A stretch of 64,000 nt of DNA from Eledone cirrhosa (Eukaryota). A program made the position numbers and the translations under genes. The stretch spans positions 148,862,001 through 148,926,000 of the forward strand of contig OZ024742.1 of the NCBI GenBank assembly GCA_964016885.1, given 5' to 3'. This document shows positions 38,401 through 51,859 of this stretch, in pieces. Below the pieces are notes generated by a model. It did no database searches. It saw nothing but the letters and a program-made list of their open reading frames with translations, and was not told the origin of the DNA. How positions within the stretch are numbered: the first letter of the stretch is position 1; every line of letters starts with the position of its first letter.

Positions 38401-40221
38401 ATACCAGGGCTTGACCAACCGCTTCCTCTTTGAGATATCTGGTGTCCTTGGTCCCCACACAGTTGATTTCCTCCATAAAGTCAGAAATATAATGGCCCAC
38501 TTGAGGAAGGAGCTCTGTGAGGTGGAGTGGCTGTTTCAGCGGGTGTCTCTGGTCTGGCCATTTTCCATGGTGTCCACAGGGCGCAGCTGAAATACAGCTC
38601 AGACAGAGGTGTGTCCGTCTCCCTCCCCTTCCCGTTTTTTTCGTAGCTTCTTTTTTTGTTTTCCTTATTTTCATTTCCATTTTTTTGTTCCCTTAATTGT
38701 TTGTTTTGTTTTTTATTACAAAATAAAACTATCAGCAATACATAAAGGGACGTAACTGTATGTTGACAGAAATAATTGTTTCTACTTTTGGCACAAGGCT
38801 AGCAATTATGCCAGTGCGCCACTGGTGCTTTATTTTATCGACCCCCGTAAGGATGAAAGGCAAAGTTAACCTTGGCGGGATTTGAACTCAGATTGTAAAG
38901 GGGCGTAACTCTATGTTGCAAAGCATGGTGTCCGACCTTCTATACTGCCAATCCACCAATATAATACAATATAAGTGACATTTCCATCTTATTGCAAAGT
39001 TCGTTTCGCAACTTTGAAATCTCCGATATTCAAAAAATATAAATCCGGAGACCGTTTTGGAGTTTAAAAAATAGCTAAAGTAGCGCATAATTTATTTATT
39101 TTGAAGTAATTATTAATTCAGAAATGCCAATTTTGATTTATACGTTTCTTATTCCGCTCTGTCTCAATTAAACCTCTATTCTCCACTTTTACCGAACAAA
39201 ATTCTCAATTGAAAGAAGATATTAAAATATCTCTGCCGATTTACCGGATCCATTGCAAATATACGCGTTAGTGTTAGGCTTGATTAGGATTCCCTCGTCG
39301 TATGTGAGCGAGGCATTCGGGAATCGGATGATATATTTTCACTTCTTTCACACGATATTTATTGTTAATGATATTCATTTGTTTTAATATAAAACATTCG
39401 ATATTTTCGTCATTAAATTTTCAAGGCACATTTATACAATTTTGTATACATGCCTTGTAACTGCTTCGAAAAAAACCTACAACATACCCACACCTAACCG
39501 TGAGAAAAAAAAAATGATTTGCCGTACCTGGCAAAATCCAACGGACAATCGCAGCTTCCAAAGATTCTTTAGTTTGATGTTCAACACGTACCAGAAAACA
39601 TTTTCCAGTTTCACGTTCAATTCCACCAAAAACTCTGTATCCTTTCATTTTCTTTTTACGAGGATTACCTTTGAAAATTGTGACTATGTCTATTTCGACA
39701 ACTTTCGGTTCACTAGTTTGTAAATCAAATCCCCCGATCTCAGGTGGCTCGCCACCTAATTCGGTTGGATGATCTACCAGAAACCGTTCCAGTAATTCTC
39801 GAATGAAGCGACGTAAGTCAACGATACTTGTCATACCGATCTCTGTTTCATGAGCTATCTCTTTGTTTATATGCTCTCTTGACCACATATACATAAACAA
39901 TAAGAATTTTCTCAGTGAGAAGTGACATCCCCAAAAAATAGAATCCTTACGTATTGATTGACTGAAGTCGTCCCTATTGCATCTCCAAAGCAGTTTATCT
40001 CTAGCTTTCGTGCGTCGGTTCAATGTACAATGATTGCTGCACATTGGACACATGACTGAATTAAGTAAGAGCTTGTGTTTTGCTAACCATGTAATTGCTG
40101 CATCATTTGTGGAAGTTTGCCGAAAGAGCTTATATAATGTCCAAGACTCTTTCCTGATTTCTTCGCCATCTACAAAGTCATCACATATCGTTGTTGGTTT
40201 TGTTCGTCGTCTTCCAGACAT
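35406..40221 (-). CDS. Merlin/IS1595 (ISXO2-like) transposase-derived gene copy A; join complement(39528..40221,35406..35704), 330 aa
   Basis: Zn-ribbon CPMC..WRC, HTH-like segment, VEID, VFGGIER..KCFLV, WILPG|THIVSDIW, TRNIDKMW, EFMWR; GT-AG phase-1 intron; both exons open. Confidence 0.88.
36895..37690 (-). mobile_element. RTE-like LINE fragment in the copy A intron
   Basis: MQFGFVPG; AFIDLEK; LLYADDVAL; LKVDLVKTKVLVS. Confidence 0.75.
37760..38590 (+). mobile_element. CRE-like non-LTR fragment
   Basis: LALPAYLSS; AEEGKIVKYQGL; EWLFQRVSL. Confidence 0.65.
38777..38956 (-). mobile_element. SINE copy
   Basis: Family core. Confidence 0.85.
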
Positions 40222-42905
40222 TATTTTATATGATATCAAATTCAAAACATGTAAACACTAAAATAAAAAGTTAGTTTCTAAATACAGGTATAGTTTCGTA
40301 TCTGCATATGGCAAACATATATAGTTTGTGAATATTTCTACTTCTATCAAACTCCATCTAAGATTGTATAGTCACCTTGGCTAAATGTACTGCGAGATAC
40401 TCTACAATTTTTCACGGGGGAAGAAATGGGGCACTACCGGTACCAAGAATTGGCGTTTACGCATCATAAGTATGGGAGGGTATAGAAAATATAATCAGGA
40501 TAGCACGTTTGAATGCATTTGTGCAACATCAGTAATGATTTGTCAGAACTGTTGATGTATTTGTCAATATTTTGTCACATATTTCCCTGATTGATTATTA
40601 TTAAATTTAATCTTTCATTTTAGTCATTACGGTGTTTTAAAAAATGTTTCTTTTAATTTCACCTTTATATTTACATAATAATGAAATTGATTATATTTCA
40701 ATAATAAAAGTATATAAAGAGCGGAAATATTTGGCGTTTTCTTTTTCTTTACATATCAATTACGAAACTATTTACTATTTCGATTATGTCTGTAATTTCC
40801 TTCCATACTTAAGAATCCTGAACATCAATTTCCTGCACTTAATTTTGTCAGGTGAGAGCGAAATCTTTGTAGCGAGATTTGAATTATTGTTCCCTCAGTT
40901 GGTGAAATAAATCATACGACCACAGACACTGACCTGTGGAATTTGGAATAGATAAGGGATTTGTTGTGTACGGTAGCCAGCATGATTTACTTCCTTTGTT
41001 CGGGGAACTCATGTCACCAAACTATCTGGAAGAATACAGTTTTGTAGGGCTATACAGTTTAATATTAATGGCAACAGGATTCTAAGTCTGCTCCCTGCTG
41101 TCCAACGCTCAATTCAGTCTATTCCAGCCACTAGAACAATGTAGTTGCCAACAGATACTCACTGCAACCTATTGGGTCAGCCCTTTCGATTCCAGCAAAG
41201 GTTAGTTCCATGCATTTTTTCATACTACTACATCATTCACGCAAAACCAACCACATAATTACACTTCGGCTCTTTGTTTTCCTACGTTGTCAAAATAACT
41301 TTGATGTAAGTTATTTCTTAATAAAAATCATTAAAGTAGCAGTGTTTGTTGTTGGTCATTGACTATTGCTAATGGAAGCTTCACTTTCAACTACTGGCTA
41401 TGGTAATGAATACAGCCATACATCTCGACTCACTGAGACACACAATTCATTTGCCATAAGTCCCAAACATTTACACAGCGCTAATAAAGGAGAGGGCAAC
41501 TCACGGAAACACCTATCAAGTCAACAATTACTACTACAAATTCTACCATACTACAATGAACAACTAACTGACCGAGCATCACCTTTTACACACGCTTTCA
41601 TCTAGTCACCACACTCACCAAATCACTAATACAAACTACATTTGGTGGCATCAAACAATCTTTTTAACTGCTGCTACAGGTGCGCCAAAAGAAACATTTA
41701 ATTAATTTTTACAAAGTTAATAACAACTAAAATTTAAATAATTGCTTTGCACTATTTCTTGGAAGCACATTTCTAGAAAACATGAGTAAATTCAATTTAC
41801 CATGTCGATCTGAGTATACGTTTTAGATGTTTCATCATCCTCATCACCGTTTAACGTGTTTTTTTCCAGGCTTGCATAGGTTAGACGAGCTATCACGTTT
41901 CAATTGGTTGCTTTTGTTATGGCACCTTATAGGGTGGAGTGAGTGATTTTTTTTCCTTTCACAAATTCTACAGTAATTAGTATGTCTCTATACTATATTT
42001 TCAATTGGTATAATATATTCTCAAATATCTTAAAAAACCATTTTCTGTATACATACAAATCAATTTTTGAATTTAAACTTTACATGTTACTTAAGGTTTA
42101 AGTTACATTCACTCACCACTATGCCACAATTAACAAGTTCAGAGAAGAGAGCATTCTAGTAGAAGTTAGAGAAAAAGAGGAAATACCAAGGAGGCCAGTG
42201 TCTGCCTGTCTATCTCTGTATGAGTGTGAGAGTAGTACACTAGTGTTGCATCAGCAATTTGGTGTTATTAATCATAACTAGGATGCCATATAATTAGTGC
42301 TGTGTGCATCAAGGTTTCTGATCATAGAATATGAGCTTACCAGGCTTGGATGAACAAGCTAGAAGAGTATAGGGTGATGACTTTTTTAAAAGTAAAATTA
42401 AGAACAATTTCAATCCAGGTAAGGCCAAGAGAACCATATACCACTCACATTTGAAAACTTTACCATGTCTCTACAGTTTGTACATAGTATGTATCGACTT
42501 GTAACTCCTAGTGGAGTCTTAGGGACGCCATGCTTACACAGCATTTTATTGGCATTTTGAACCTGGCAGAGAGCATTCAATCTATGGGTTTAAACAGCCA
42601 ATTTCTTCTAGAGAAACGGGAAAGAGTTATAGAAGGGAAATCAACGCCAGTACTTGACTGGTACTTTTTTTATCGACCTCAAATGATGAAAGGAAAAGCT
42701 GACTTTAGTGGGATTTGAACTCAGAATAAAGAGGCAGGAAAATACAGTAAAGCATTCTACTCAACGTTCTAACAACTCTGCCAATTTGCCACCCATGAGA
42801 GCAACAGTATTCAACCAAAACCTATAGCTCTATATTGTGTTGTCTAAGCTTAACAGTTAATTACAAGTAATAATAATTACAAATAAAAATACAATATTAA
42901 TTTTA

Positions 42906-45900
42906 TTAAACTTTATACAAGTGTTTGATGCAATAAATCAGAGCAGCAAATTTATCGTTATTTTTAAAATGAGATCTCCACATGAGTTCAGTTAATGAGG
43001 ACGGAGATAAAAACATTATCGTCTTTAGTTCAAAATGTTTTTTTACTGTCAGCCACATTCTGTCTATATTTCTGATATGTTTTTCCGATTCTTCTGGATC
43101 ATCATAATCTATATATTCATGAGTATATATACCATGTTGGATTTGGTCTATTTGAAGATATTCAGCCCATATATCAGATACAATATGGGTACCTACAAGA
43201 AAAATAACTTTGTGAATGATTATATTTATTGAAGAAGAGAAATGAGAAATTGTGGTATTAATACATTTTCTAAGAGTATATGTAGTTTGAACTCATAATT
43301 CCTGAGGGAGTCATAGGGGTGCTATATTGACATACAGCATTTCTTAAGGCATTATTAAACCTGGGAGAATCCATCCTCTCATCAAATGGCTAAGATACCA
43401 GTTGATTAGAGTTAATCACTGAGATACTGAAATCTTCTGAGGAAGTATGAGCCAAACTAGTGATCTGCATAGTCAATCAGATAATATATGATGGGTTCAT
43501 ACCTAATAACTGGTGTAGCAGTATACTTATAAAATGTTACAAAGGAAAAGGTGATGTGCTAGAATGGATCAGCCACCAAGGCATAAAACTGATGAACCTA
43601 GTTATGAAAGTGACAGAAAGAGTTTTAGCACAACTAATTACAAAAGAGTGAAATTAGATGAGATGCAGTTTGGTTTTGTGCTAAAATGCCTTTTTCTTTG
43701 TGAGTTAACTTTAAGAAGTTCCTAAGTGTAAGCCACTATATCTAGCTTTCGTTGATCTGGGGAAGGCTTTTGACAGGGTAGCACAATCTGTCATCTGGTG
43801 GTCCTTAAGGAAACTGGATGTAGATGAGTGGCTTGTGGGAGAAGTGAAAGCCATGTACAGAGGAGCTCAGTAAAATGAGAGTAGGTAATGAGTTTAGTGA
43901 GGAATTCAATGTGCAGGTAGGTGTTCATCTGGACCACTCCTGTTTATTATAGTTCTCCAAGACGTAAAAGAGGAGTTTAAGCCAGACTGTCCATCGGAAC
44001 CTCTGTTTGCTAATGACCTGGTACAAATAGCCAAAGGGTATAGAATAAACTTGAGAAAAAACAAAGTTTTAGTAAGTAGAAAAGAATACAGGACCCTGTA
44101 GAAAAGGAGTAGGTAGAAACTCTATACACAATGTAAATCTTGCATACATAAGGTGTAGTGGGATAGCTGGCAAACTAACAGAAAACAGACTTTATATGTG
44201 GCAGATGCATGGGGATAGTTGATAGAAAGAGCATCAGTGAAATCATTTTTTTCCATTCCAGAAATAGTTGATAGCTTTAGCTACCCAGGAGATCTAATTA
44301 TCTGGGGAGGAGGTTGCACTGAGAGCACAATACCTACAATAAGACAGGCTGGAAAAAAATTAACAACAAAAGGCTATTTGTATTATGCCTATATGTGATG
44401 TTGCATGGCAATGAGACATTGACAGTGAATGCAGAGGATATGGCAAGGCTGGAAAAAAATGAAGTGAGCAGATGAATGTACAATGATAATGTGTGTGAAT
44501 GACAAGGCATGGGTGAGCTGGACATAAGAATCAGATGTAGTGTACAAGAGAGAAAACATGTGATGTGTATGGATAATGGTCATTGGGTGAAGAAATCCCA
44601 ATGGATGGAAGCTCTAGTAGAGGGAGATCAAGAAAGACCTGGGCAGAGGTTGTAAGAGTTGATCTCAAATCCAAAATTAAGACATGGGAGGACTTTGTGG
44701 TTAAGCTGGAATCCAATTTCAGATCAGCAAATAAAGTGTTCTGACAGACCATTTGTCGACATCATAACAAGGAGTCCTACTCCACACCTGCTATCTGGAA
44801 CATGTATGGGGTACTCTTCTCTGGAGAGAAGTACATCCTCACAACATGGGGAGAATATTTTGCTGATCTCCAAAACCGGTCACAACAGCATCTTCTGATG
44901 TACACAGGGTACATCAAAGAGCAATGACTAACCTCTAGGAGGCTGAAGTCATCAGTAATTAAAGAGCTTAAATGTGACTAAATTTCTGGGGAGGATGAAA
45001 TTCAGTTCAAGCTTTAAATAGAGAAGGTATTCTCTAGCTGACTCGAGTATGCTGGGTGGCCTGGATCTATGCAAAGGCACCAAAGCAATGGCAATCAAGA
45101 GTGATAATCCCAATTTTCAAAAATGGAGACAAAAGATAGAGATCTCCTTGACAATTATAGAAAAATCTCCTTGTCAAGCCTCCCAAGGAAAGTCTGGCAA
45201 ATAGATGTAAGGAGATTGTCGAGTGCAAGCTAGCTGATGAACAGTGGTTTTTTACCTGGACACAGCACAACCAACCAAATATTCACACTGCGGCCAGTCT
45301 TTCAGAAATGGTAAGAATACTGCCAAGGGGTGTATGCTTACTTTGTAGACCTCAAAAAGGCATATAATCACGTTCCATGGGACCTGCTGTAGAAGGTTCT
45401 GCAGGAGTATGGGATTGATGAACAGCTTCTTGTTGCCTCGATGTCTCTATATGAATGTCCAAGTATTCGTGTTTGGATAAATGGTGCTAAATCAAAAGTT
45501 TTCAATGTGGGAGTCGGACTCCATCAAGGGTGCGTACTGTCACCTCTCCTGTTCATAATCTTCACAAACTGAATTGATATGCACAGCCAAGTTGGAAGTG
45601 GTATTACGACTGACAGGTGTAAGATCAGTCAGCTGGAATTTGCAGACGATATAATATTATATAACTCGTCAGAAAGTGATCTCCAATATGCCTTTGATAG
45701 GTTTGATACCAAATGATGTTGCATGGTTAGCATGAAAATTGGTGCTGCAAAGACTGCGACACTTGTCCAATCAAGGATGCCTGCACACTACATGTAAGTG
45801 GAGTTCCACTGAAGCAGGTGGAGAAGTTCAAGTATCTTGGGGATGTGTTCACGAGTCACGGAAAGCAAGAGGCTAAATTAAGTGCAAGAATTGCATGGGC

Positions 45901-47482
45901 TGGTGCAGTAATGCGCCATCTTCAGCATTCAGTAATCATAAAATGAAGCTAGATGTTAAAGCCAAACTCGCTATCTTCAATTTGGTGCTCGTGCCAACCC
46001 TTACCTACGGTTGTGAATCTTGGGTAATGACTGAAAGATTACGATAGCAAATAGAAACTGCGGAAATTGGGTTCCTCCGAAGGGTTTTTGAAGTAACGTT
46101 ACTCGATTGAGCTGCGAATTGAGAGATCACAGCTTTGGGCATGTGGCTAGAATCGCCAGTCTAGTAGTTTGGACTTTTTCGTGGATGCCTGCCACTGTGC
46201 ATTGACCAAGCATAAAATCAAGGTGCCTAAGATTTACAACCCTAGCTGACCCAGATATAGACACCTTGTGTAGTCAGGTAAACAATAAAAATGTAACCAG
46301 TCGCTGATGAAATCCCAACACAGAATTGAAACTAGTCAGGCTGATCCGTTTTCTTGTCAATGAAGATAATGTATATTCAGAAACGGTGTTTACATCTGTC
46401 AATTACATCGTGATGGCTAAAAGTCTATAGATATATTCTGTAGTTAAAAATCTAGAGACATCAAAAGAATTGGAAATAAGAAAAAAGTACATGCGAAGCT
46501 GAATTTAAAAAAAAACATAGACTGCAGACGATACAAATGAAGGGAAAATAGATTAATTAGCTGAACACGGTTCAATTGAAGGAAAGTCACATTTGGCAGT
46601 ATCGGTAGAGGGTCGGACGCCATGCTTTGACGCACAGAGTTATGGCCCTTGCCCTTCTGAGTTCAAATCCTGCCGAGGTTAACTTTGCCTTTCATCCTTA
46701 CGGGGTCGATAAAATAAAGTACCAGTAATGCACTGGATAATTGCTGGCCTTGTACCAAAAGTAGAAACAATTATATTAACCATACCTGGTAAAATCCATC
46801 TAATAATTGCAGCTTCTAAAGCGTCTTTATTTTGATGTTCAATCTTCACAAGAAAACATTTATCAGATCCAAGTTCAATTCCACCAAAAACCAACACCCC
46901 TTTCGCATGTTTTTTATCCTTACCCTTAGATCTAGCAAATTTGTTCAAATCTATTACAACGACTTTTGGTTCACCTGTCTGTAAATCGAACCCACCAATC
47001 TCTGGTGAATCATTAGTTAATTCAGCCGGATGGTTTTCCAGGAATAGCTCCATTGATTCTCGAATGAAGCGACACAAATCCGTAACTGAATTTTTATTTA
47101 CGTTTATTTCATAGGCCATCTCAGATTGTAAATACTCTCTTGACCACAAATACATATTCAATAATAATGATGTCAGTGACAGGTGACTATTCTCAAAAAA
47201 GCTTCCTGCTCGGAGTGATCGAGTATAGGTATGTTTAAGGCATTTCCATCGTCTTCCATCAGGAATTTTCTTAATTCTGATTAAAGTACATGGGTCCCCA
47301 CAAACTGGGCACATAACAGAATTGCTTAAAAGCTTATATTTCGCCAAGAATGTAATTGCTATATCTTTTGTGGAAAGTTGTCGAAATAGATCATAGAATG
47401 TCCAAGATTCTTTAAGAATTCTTTCATCATCAAGTATGTCTGTAGATATAAATATAGGGTTCGCTGGTCTTCCGCGTGGCAT
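42906..47482 (-). CDS. Merlin/ISXO2-like transposase-derived gene copy B; join complement(46786..47482,42906..43192), 327 aa
   Basis: Exon 2 translated by hand is open: GTHIVSDIWAEYLQ..IRNIDRMWLTVK..ELMWRSHFK..HLYKV*; same intron position as copy A; acceptor TCTCGCAG just before the ATG. Confidence 0.88.
43380..44660 (+). mobile_element. Degenerate RTE-like LINE in the copy B intron
   Basis: CYKGKGD; EMQFGF; AFVDLGKAFDRV; FANDL. Confidence 0.8.
44690..46160 (+). mobile_element. Second degenerate RTE LINE
   Basis: IIPIFKNGD; FVDLKKAY; VGLHQGCVLSPLLFII; EFADD; YGCESW. Confidence 0.8.
46298..46343 (+). ncRNA. Minimal type I hammerhead ribozyme-like motif
   Basis: CAGTCG-CTGATGA-AATCC(loop)GAATT-GAAA-CTAG-TC-AGGCTG: core, stem II, palindromic stem III and stem I. 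Confidence 0.6.
46594..46768 (+). mobile_element. SINE inserted near the copy B donor site
   Basis: Family core; absent from the homologous copy D intron (62625-62691). Confidence 0.88.
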
Positions 47483-48649
47483 TACTGCGAGAAATTAAAC
47501 AATGAAAAACATGACACTCTACCACTTTGAATAAAGTGTTAGTTTCGTATAAATTGTTTTGTATTATGAAAATAACAAAACAATTTATACGAAACTAATA
47601 CTTTCAACAAGGTATTTGTGGACAAAGTTGTTAAAATGCAGAACAATATTATTTCTTCCAGCTCTCTGTGCTCTACATTCAAATTCCGCGAAGGTCGATA
47701 AAATAAAGTACCAATTATGTACTAAAATTTTTCCTCCCCTCAAATTGTTGGCCTTGTATCTTAATTAGAAATCAATATTTCTTTCCGCTCTAAATTCAAA
47801 TCTCACCGAAAACAACTTTACCTTTCATCCTTTCAGTGTCGATTTAATACGTAATTCCTCGGCTCAATTAAAGGCTGTCAAATTTTAAAATTAAATAATA
47901 GCATTTCAAATCTTTCAGTTTACAAAGTAAAATTAAAAGTTGCTATTCTAATGTGTTTCATTAAGATGGCATAAGTTTTCATTAAAGTTGCAATCCTACC
48001 TTAAAAGACGTGTCATTTAATTATTGTTTGCAACTCTGAATATTATTGCACGGACGGATCTCTTGTGTTTTGAGCTATATGTGCACATATACATACGTGT
48101 GCATATACAATCATTACATGTTAAATTTCTGTACGTTTGCTTTTTCTTATTGATTTGTTTTCGTGCCGGTCATTGACAAAGAACAAAACTTTTTGTTTGA
48201 GTCCGTATTTGTAAACACGTGAGTTGGTGTGTGAATATATATATATATAGCGAAACCTATCCACACATTGACCCCCGGGTGACATTTAACAGTCATTTTC
48301 TATGTTAGCTCCTTGTGGTGCCAGGTCAGTAGATAGCAAGTAACTTTGGGATGAAGACAAAATAGGTTCTAAAGGCAGTCGAACAGGAACCTTCCTACGG
48401 TAAACACGGCAGAGTTTTGCTCTGGTCTCCGGCTGGAGACGCATTATTTTGTCTACCCATCAAACCACTAGCAAGATGAAGTCCTTGACAAAAATATCTC
48501 AGGGCCACAAGAAATAACAGTCAGCCACTTCTATAAGGCAAGTTACATTGTGCCGCTGCAGACAAACATATCTCACGCACTTTCTCTGCATACACAGTTT
48601 CTGCTTGTTTGTTGTTCATACCTTTCGACTGTAACAAATGTTAATTCAA

Positions 48650-50300
48650 GTGCTTGAAGGTTGTCTGCCGGAAAGGTGCGAAACGTGTCCTCCGCTGTTC
48701 GTTGTTTTGAATATCTGAGGTATTCAGCAGAGCGCGCGTGCGCGTGAAATGGGGTCGGTCAAGCAGAGGTCAGCGGCCGAAGTAGTTCTTTCAATTCTGG
48801 GAGTGGGGTGACGCTAGCTGTCAGTCCATTCTCTGCCTGATTGGTGAATGTTACTGTGTGTGTGTGTGTGCGTGTGTTGTTGTCTCGCTTGAGTGTGTGT
48901 GTGTGTGCGTGTGTTGTTGCCTTGTTCCTCTGTATTGGCAGTGTAGTATGTTCGTATGGTGGAATGCTACTGTGTGTGTTGCTGCATCGTTTGTTAACTT
49001 AAACCAACCACTTCATTTCGCTTCTCTCTGATCGGTTGTTTAATTGTGGCCCTAGGCGTTTGATCCAAAGTGCTTCCTTGATACGTAACGTGCCAACGTT
49101 TCTTTCTGTCGCTAGAATTGTGACAATGGGCCTTCCATCTTTGTTTCCGCATTTGGCTATGTGTTTCCGGAAAGACGAGGCCCTGGTTTTAGTGTGTTCC
49201 TTGATCTGGGTGTGCAACGGCCGGATTGTGCTACCTATATAGTATTGTTTGCACTTGTTACATTCTATCTTATACACGACGTATGTGCGTAGGCAACAGT
49301 TTGCATGGCGCATCGGGCAGTCTCTGAGGGAGCACGCGTCAGTTGATTTCCTGGGTTTCCTGGAGAGGCATCTTCGCAGGGAGGGGCCCGAGTGGGCCAG
49401 GTGGATGTCGAGGCCCTCCCTGCGGATAGCATTGGTGGTATTCTCGCCCAGGTGTGGAATTTTAAGGAAGCACTTGCTTTGGGTACCTCTCTGTCTCTTG
49501 TGTCTGGTGTCTCCTACTCTGTATGTGAGCGATGTAGGGTACCCGTTCGTCTCCAGCACCTCGAGGAATCGCTTGGTATGAGTGACACCACTCACGGGAT
49601 CGCTGCATCTGTTTTTGATTCGCGCGATCTCGTTCGTGATGTATCCTCTTTTGGCACTGTTAGGGAGGGCGGACTTGTAGTGAACAAATAGGTCCCTGCA
49701 GGCTGCCTTTCAGTAGAAGTTGCAGTGGATCCCTCCCTGTTCCGTGATGTTGATTTGGAAGTCGAGGAGGGCAAGTGACTCGTCTTCGTTGGGGTGTTCA
49801 ACACTGAAGTCAATGTTCTCGTCCCTGTTGTTGAACGTCTCATAGATTCTGTTCGCCATGTCTTGGGAAGATGTGAGGATGAGGATATCGTCCATGTACC
49901 TTGAGAAAAAGGCGACGGCGTTGGGGTGGCAGGCGATCTCTTACATGGACAGCCTCGAGGCTGTCCATGTAAGAGATCGCTAGCACACCTGACGGGCTTG
50001 ATCCCATGGGCAGTCCCGCGGTTTGTTGGTATGTTTGGTCAAGGAATCCAAAGTAGGTGTTGTCGACGACGATGGATAGGAGTTGGTGGATGTCAGTGGT
50101 GGTGAGCCCGAAGCAGTGTAGGTTGGTGGATTGGACGCGTTCCATCAGTATATTGACGGCCGGGAGTGCCGTAACTGAGGTGTAGAGAGCGACTACATCA
50201 AGGCTGAAGGCATATCTGTTATTCCTTCTGGTGTCGGGATCCATTTGATGCAGGCGCTTCAACACCTCCTCGGAGCTGTTAACGTGTCCCGGCAAGGTGT
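48650..50300 (-). mobile_element. Penelope-like element (RT plus GIY-YIG), 5'-truncated and frameshifted
   Basis: FSLDVVALYTSV; GLPMGS; YMDDIL; VVYKIECNKCKQYYIGSTIRPLHTQIKEH; EALWIK..PQLNNR. Confidence 0.9.
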
Positions 50301-51859
50301 CTAAGACAACTCGTGTTGTTATTTTTATTTTTATCCTTTACGCTCTTTCCTTCATTCCTCTACACGCCACGCATCTCAACGTACACCCACTTACATCTCT
50401 CTCTCCACCACCAGATCTTGTTAGCCGGAGATTTACCCATATGCATTGTCGAGGCTTCCAAACGACTTAAAGAAATTTACCTTATTATTCCACAATGCTT
50501 CAAACAAACTTCAATACTCTCTTATATATATATATATAATTCTCACCTAGAAGGTGGTTTATATCGAGATGACTGTCTTCTGACGGCTAAAAATCTCAGT
50601 CTCTCATCCATAGAAAGAACTAAAAAGCAAATTAGAAATTTCCTTAAAGACTATTACAATCTCTCAATAACCTTCGAAGATAGAACTAAAATGGTTAACT
50701 TCCTGGACATCACAATGGACTTATCTATTGGTATTTATCAACCATACCATAAACCCAATGAAAAGCTGCACTCTATTCATAAGCAATCTAACCACCCTAG
50801 ATCTATCTTCGACAATCACTACAACATATCATTTAGGATCTCAAGACTGTCAGCTAATCAGCACATCTACAAGAATGTGCATACTACAATGAGGCCCTCG
50901 CTAGTAGCGGATACAAAGAGCACATCACATATATACCAAATAATAGCATCACTGACCCAGCACCTACGATCTACAAAAAGCACAAAAGATTAGTGCCTAA
51001 GAACAGTTCTGATAGTCTTATTTCTACTAAAACTCCATCCATTAATTTAGTTCCCAAATCTAGAACTAACCCTGTATGGACAACTCTTCTAATCTTCCTT
51101 CTATTAATGCATGCCATAATATTTTAGCAACGAACTCCAACACTACTAACAATGCATGTGCTAATAACTTGACTAAACATATGGATGATGTAAGTAAAAA
51201 CCTCCTATATCATAACTCTGAAGTAACTTTAAATGTACAATCACCTATTTCTATAAATAAACATTCTACAGTAGCTGACTTAGCCGCACCTATACAAATA
51301 CCTCCACCTGCTAACCTTTCCAACCAAATGTCTTCTAAAATTTCTGATAATAGGGTGCTTGAACTGCAAACTAATGCCATCATAGCAAATCATATTGACA
51401 CAGCTAGACAACAATATAATACTCCTAAATCACACGAAAATACCAATCATAAACCAATTCTACACCATATAAACGCTTAATAGTAGATGTAATATTCCCT
51501 CCAACTCCTCTAATTATACCAACATCCCCCATCAAATTGAGAATAACCATAAAAATAAAGACAAAAGTAGAAATAGAGATCATAAAAGAAAAATCATATT
51601 GTATAATGCACCTTTCAAATACCTAAATACCTAAAAAATTAATTGCAATCTTAGATAAGCACTTCCCACCTAACCATAAATATCACAAAACCCTTAACTG
51701 CTTTACCGTTAAACTTTCTTACTCGACACCAACCAATCTGAAGCAAAAAATAACTGCAATGAATTTCTATAAATGTAGAATAGTGGAAAATGTATCCATA
51801 AATCACCCCCCTCAAATAGACAGAACTGGTCTTATACCAAATAAAACACATCTAATAAT

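Noticed and set aside
39421-39527. Unspliced C-terminal extensions of the transposase ORFs (also 46679-46785 and 57648-57691)
   Set aside because: Read-through into introns; not conserved between copies, and in copy B it runs into a SINE
40700-41300. Possible Penelope relic on the minus strand
   Set aside because: Motifs too degenerate to support by eye
51076-51480. 134-aa Asn/Thr-rich ORF as a separate gene
   Set aside because: Low-complexity linker inside the Penelope element
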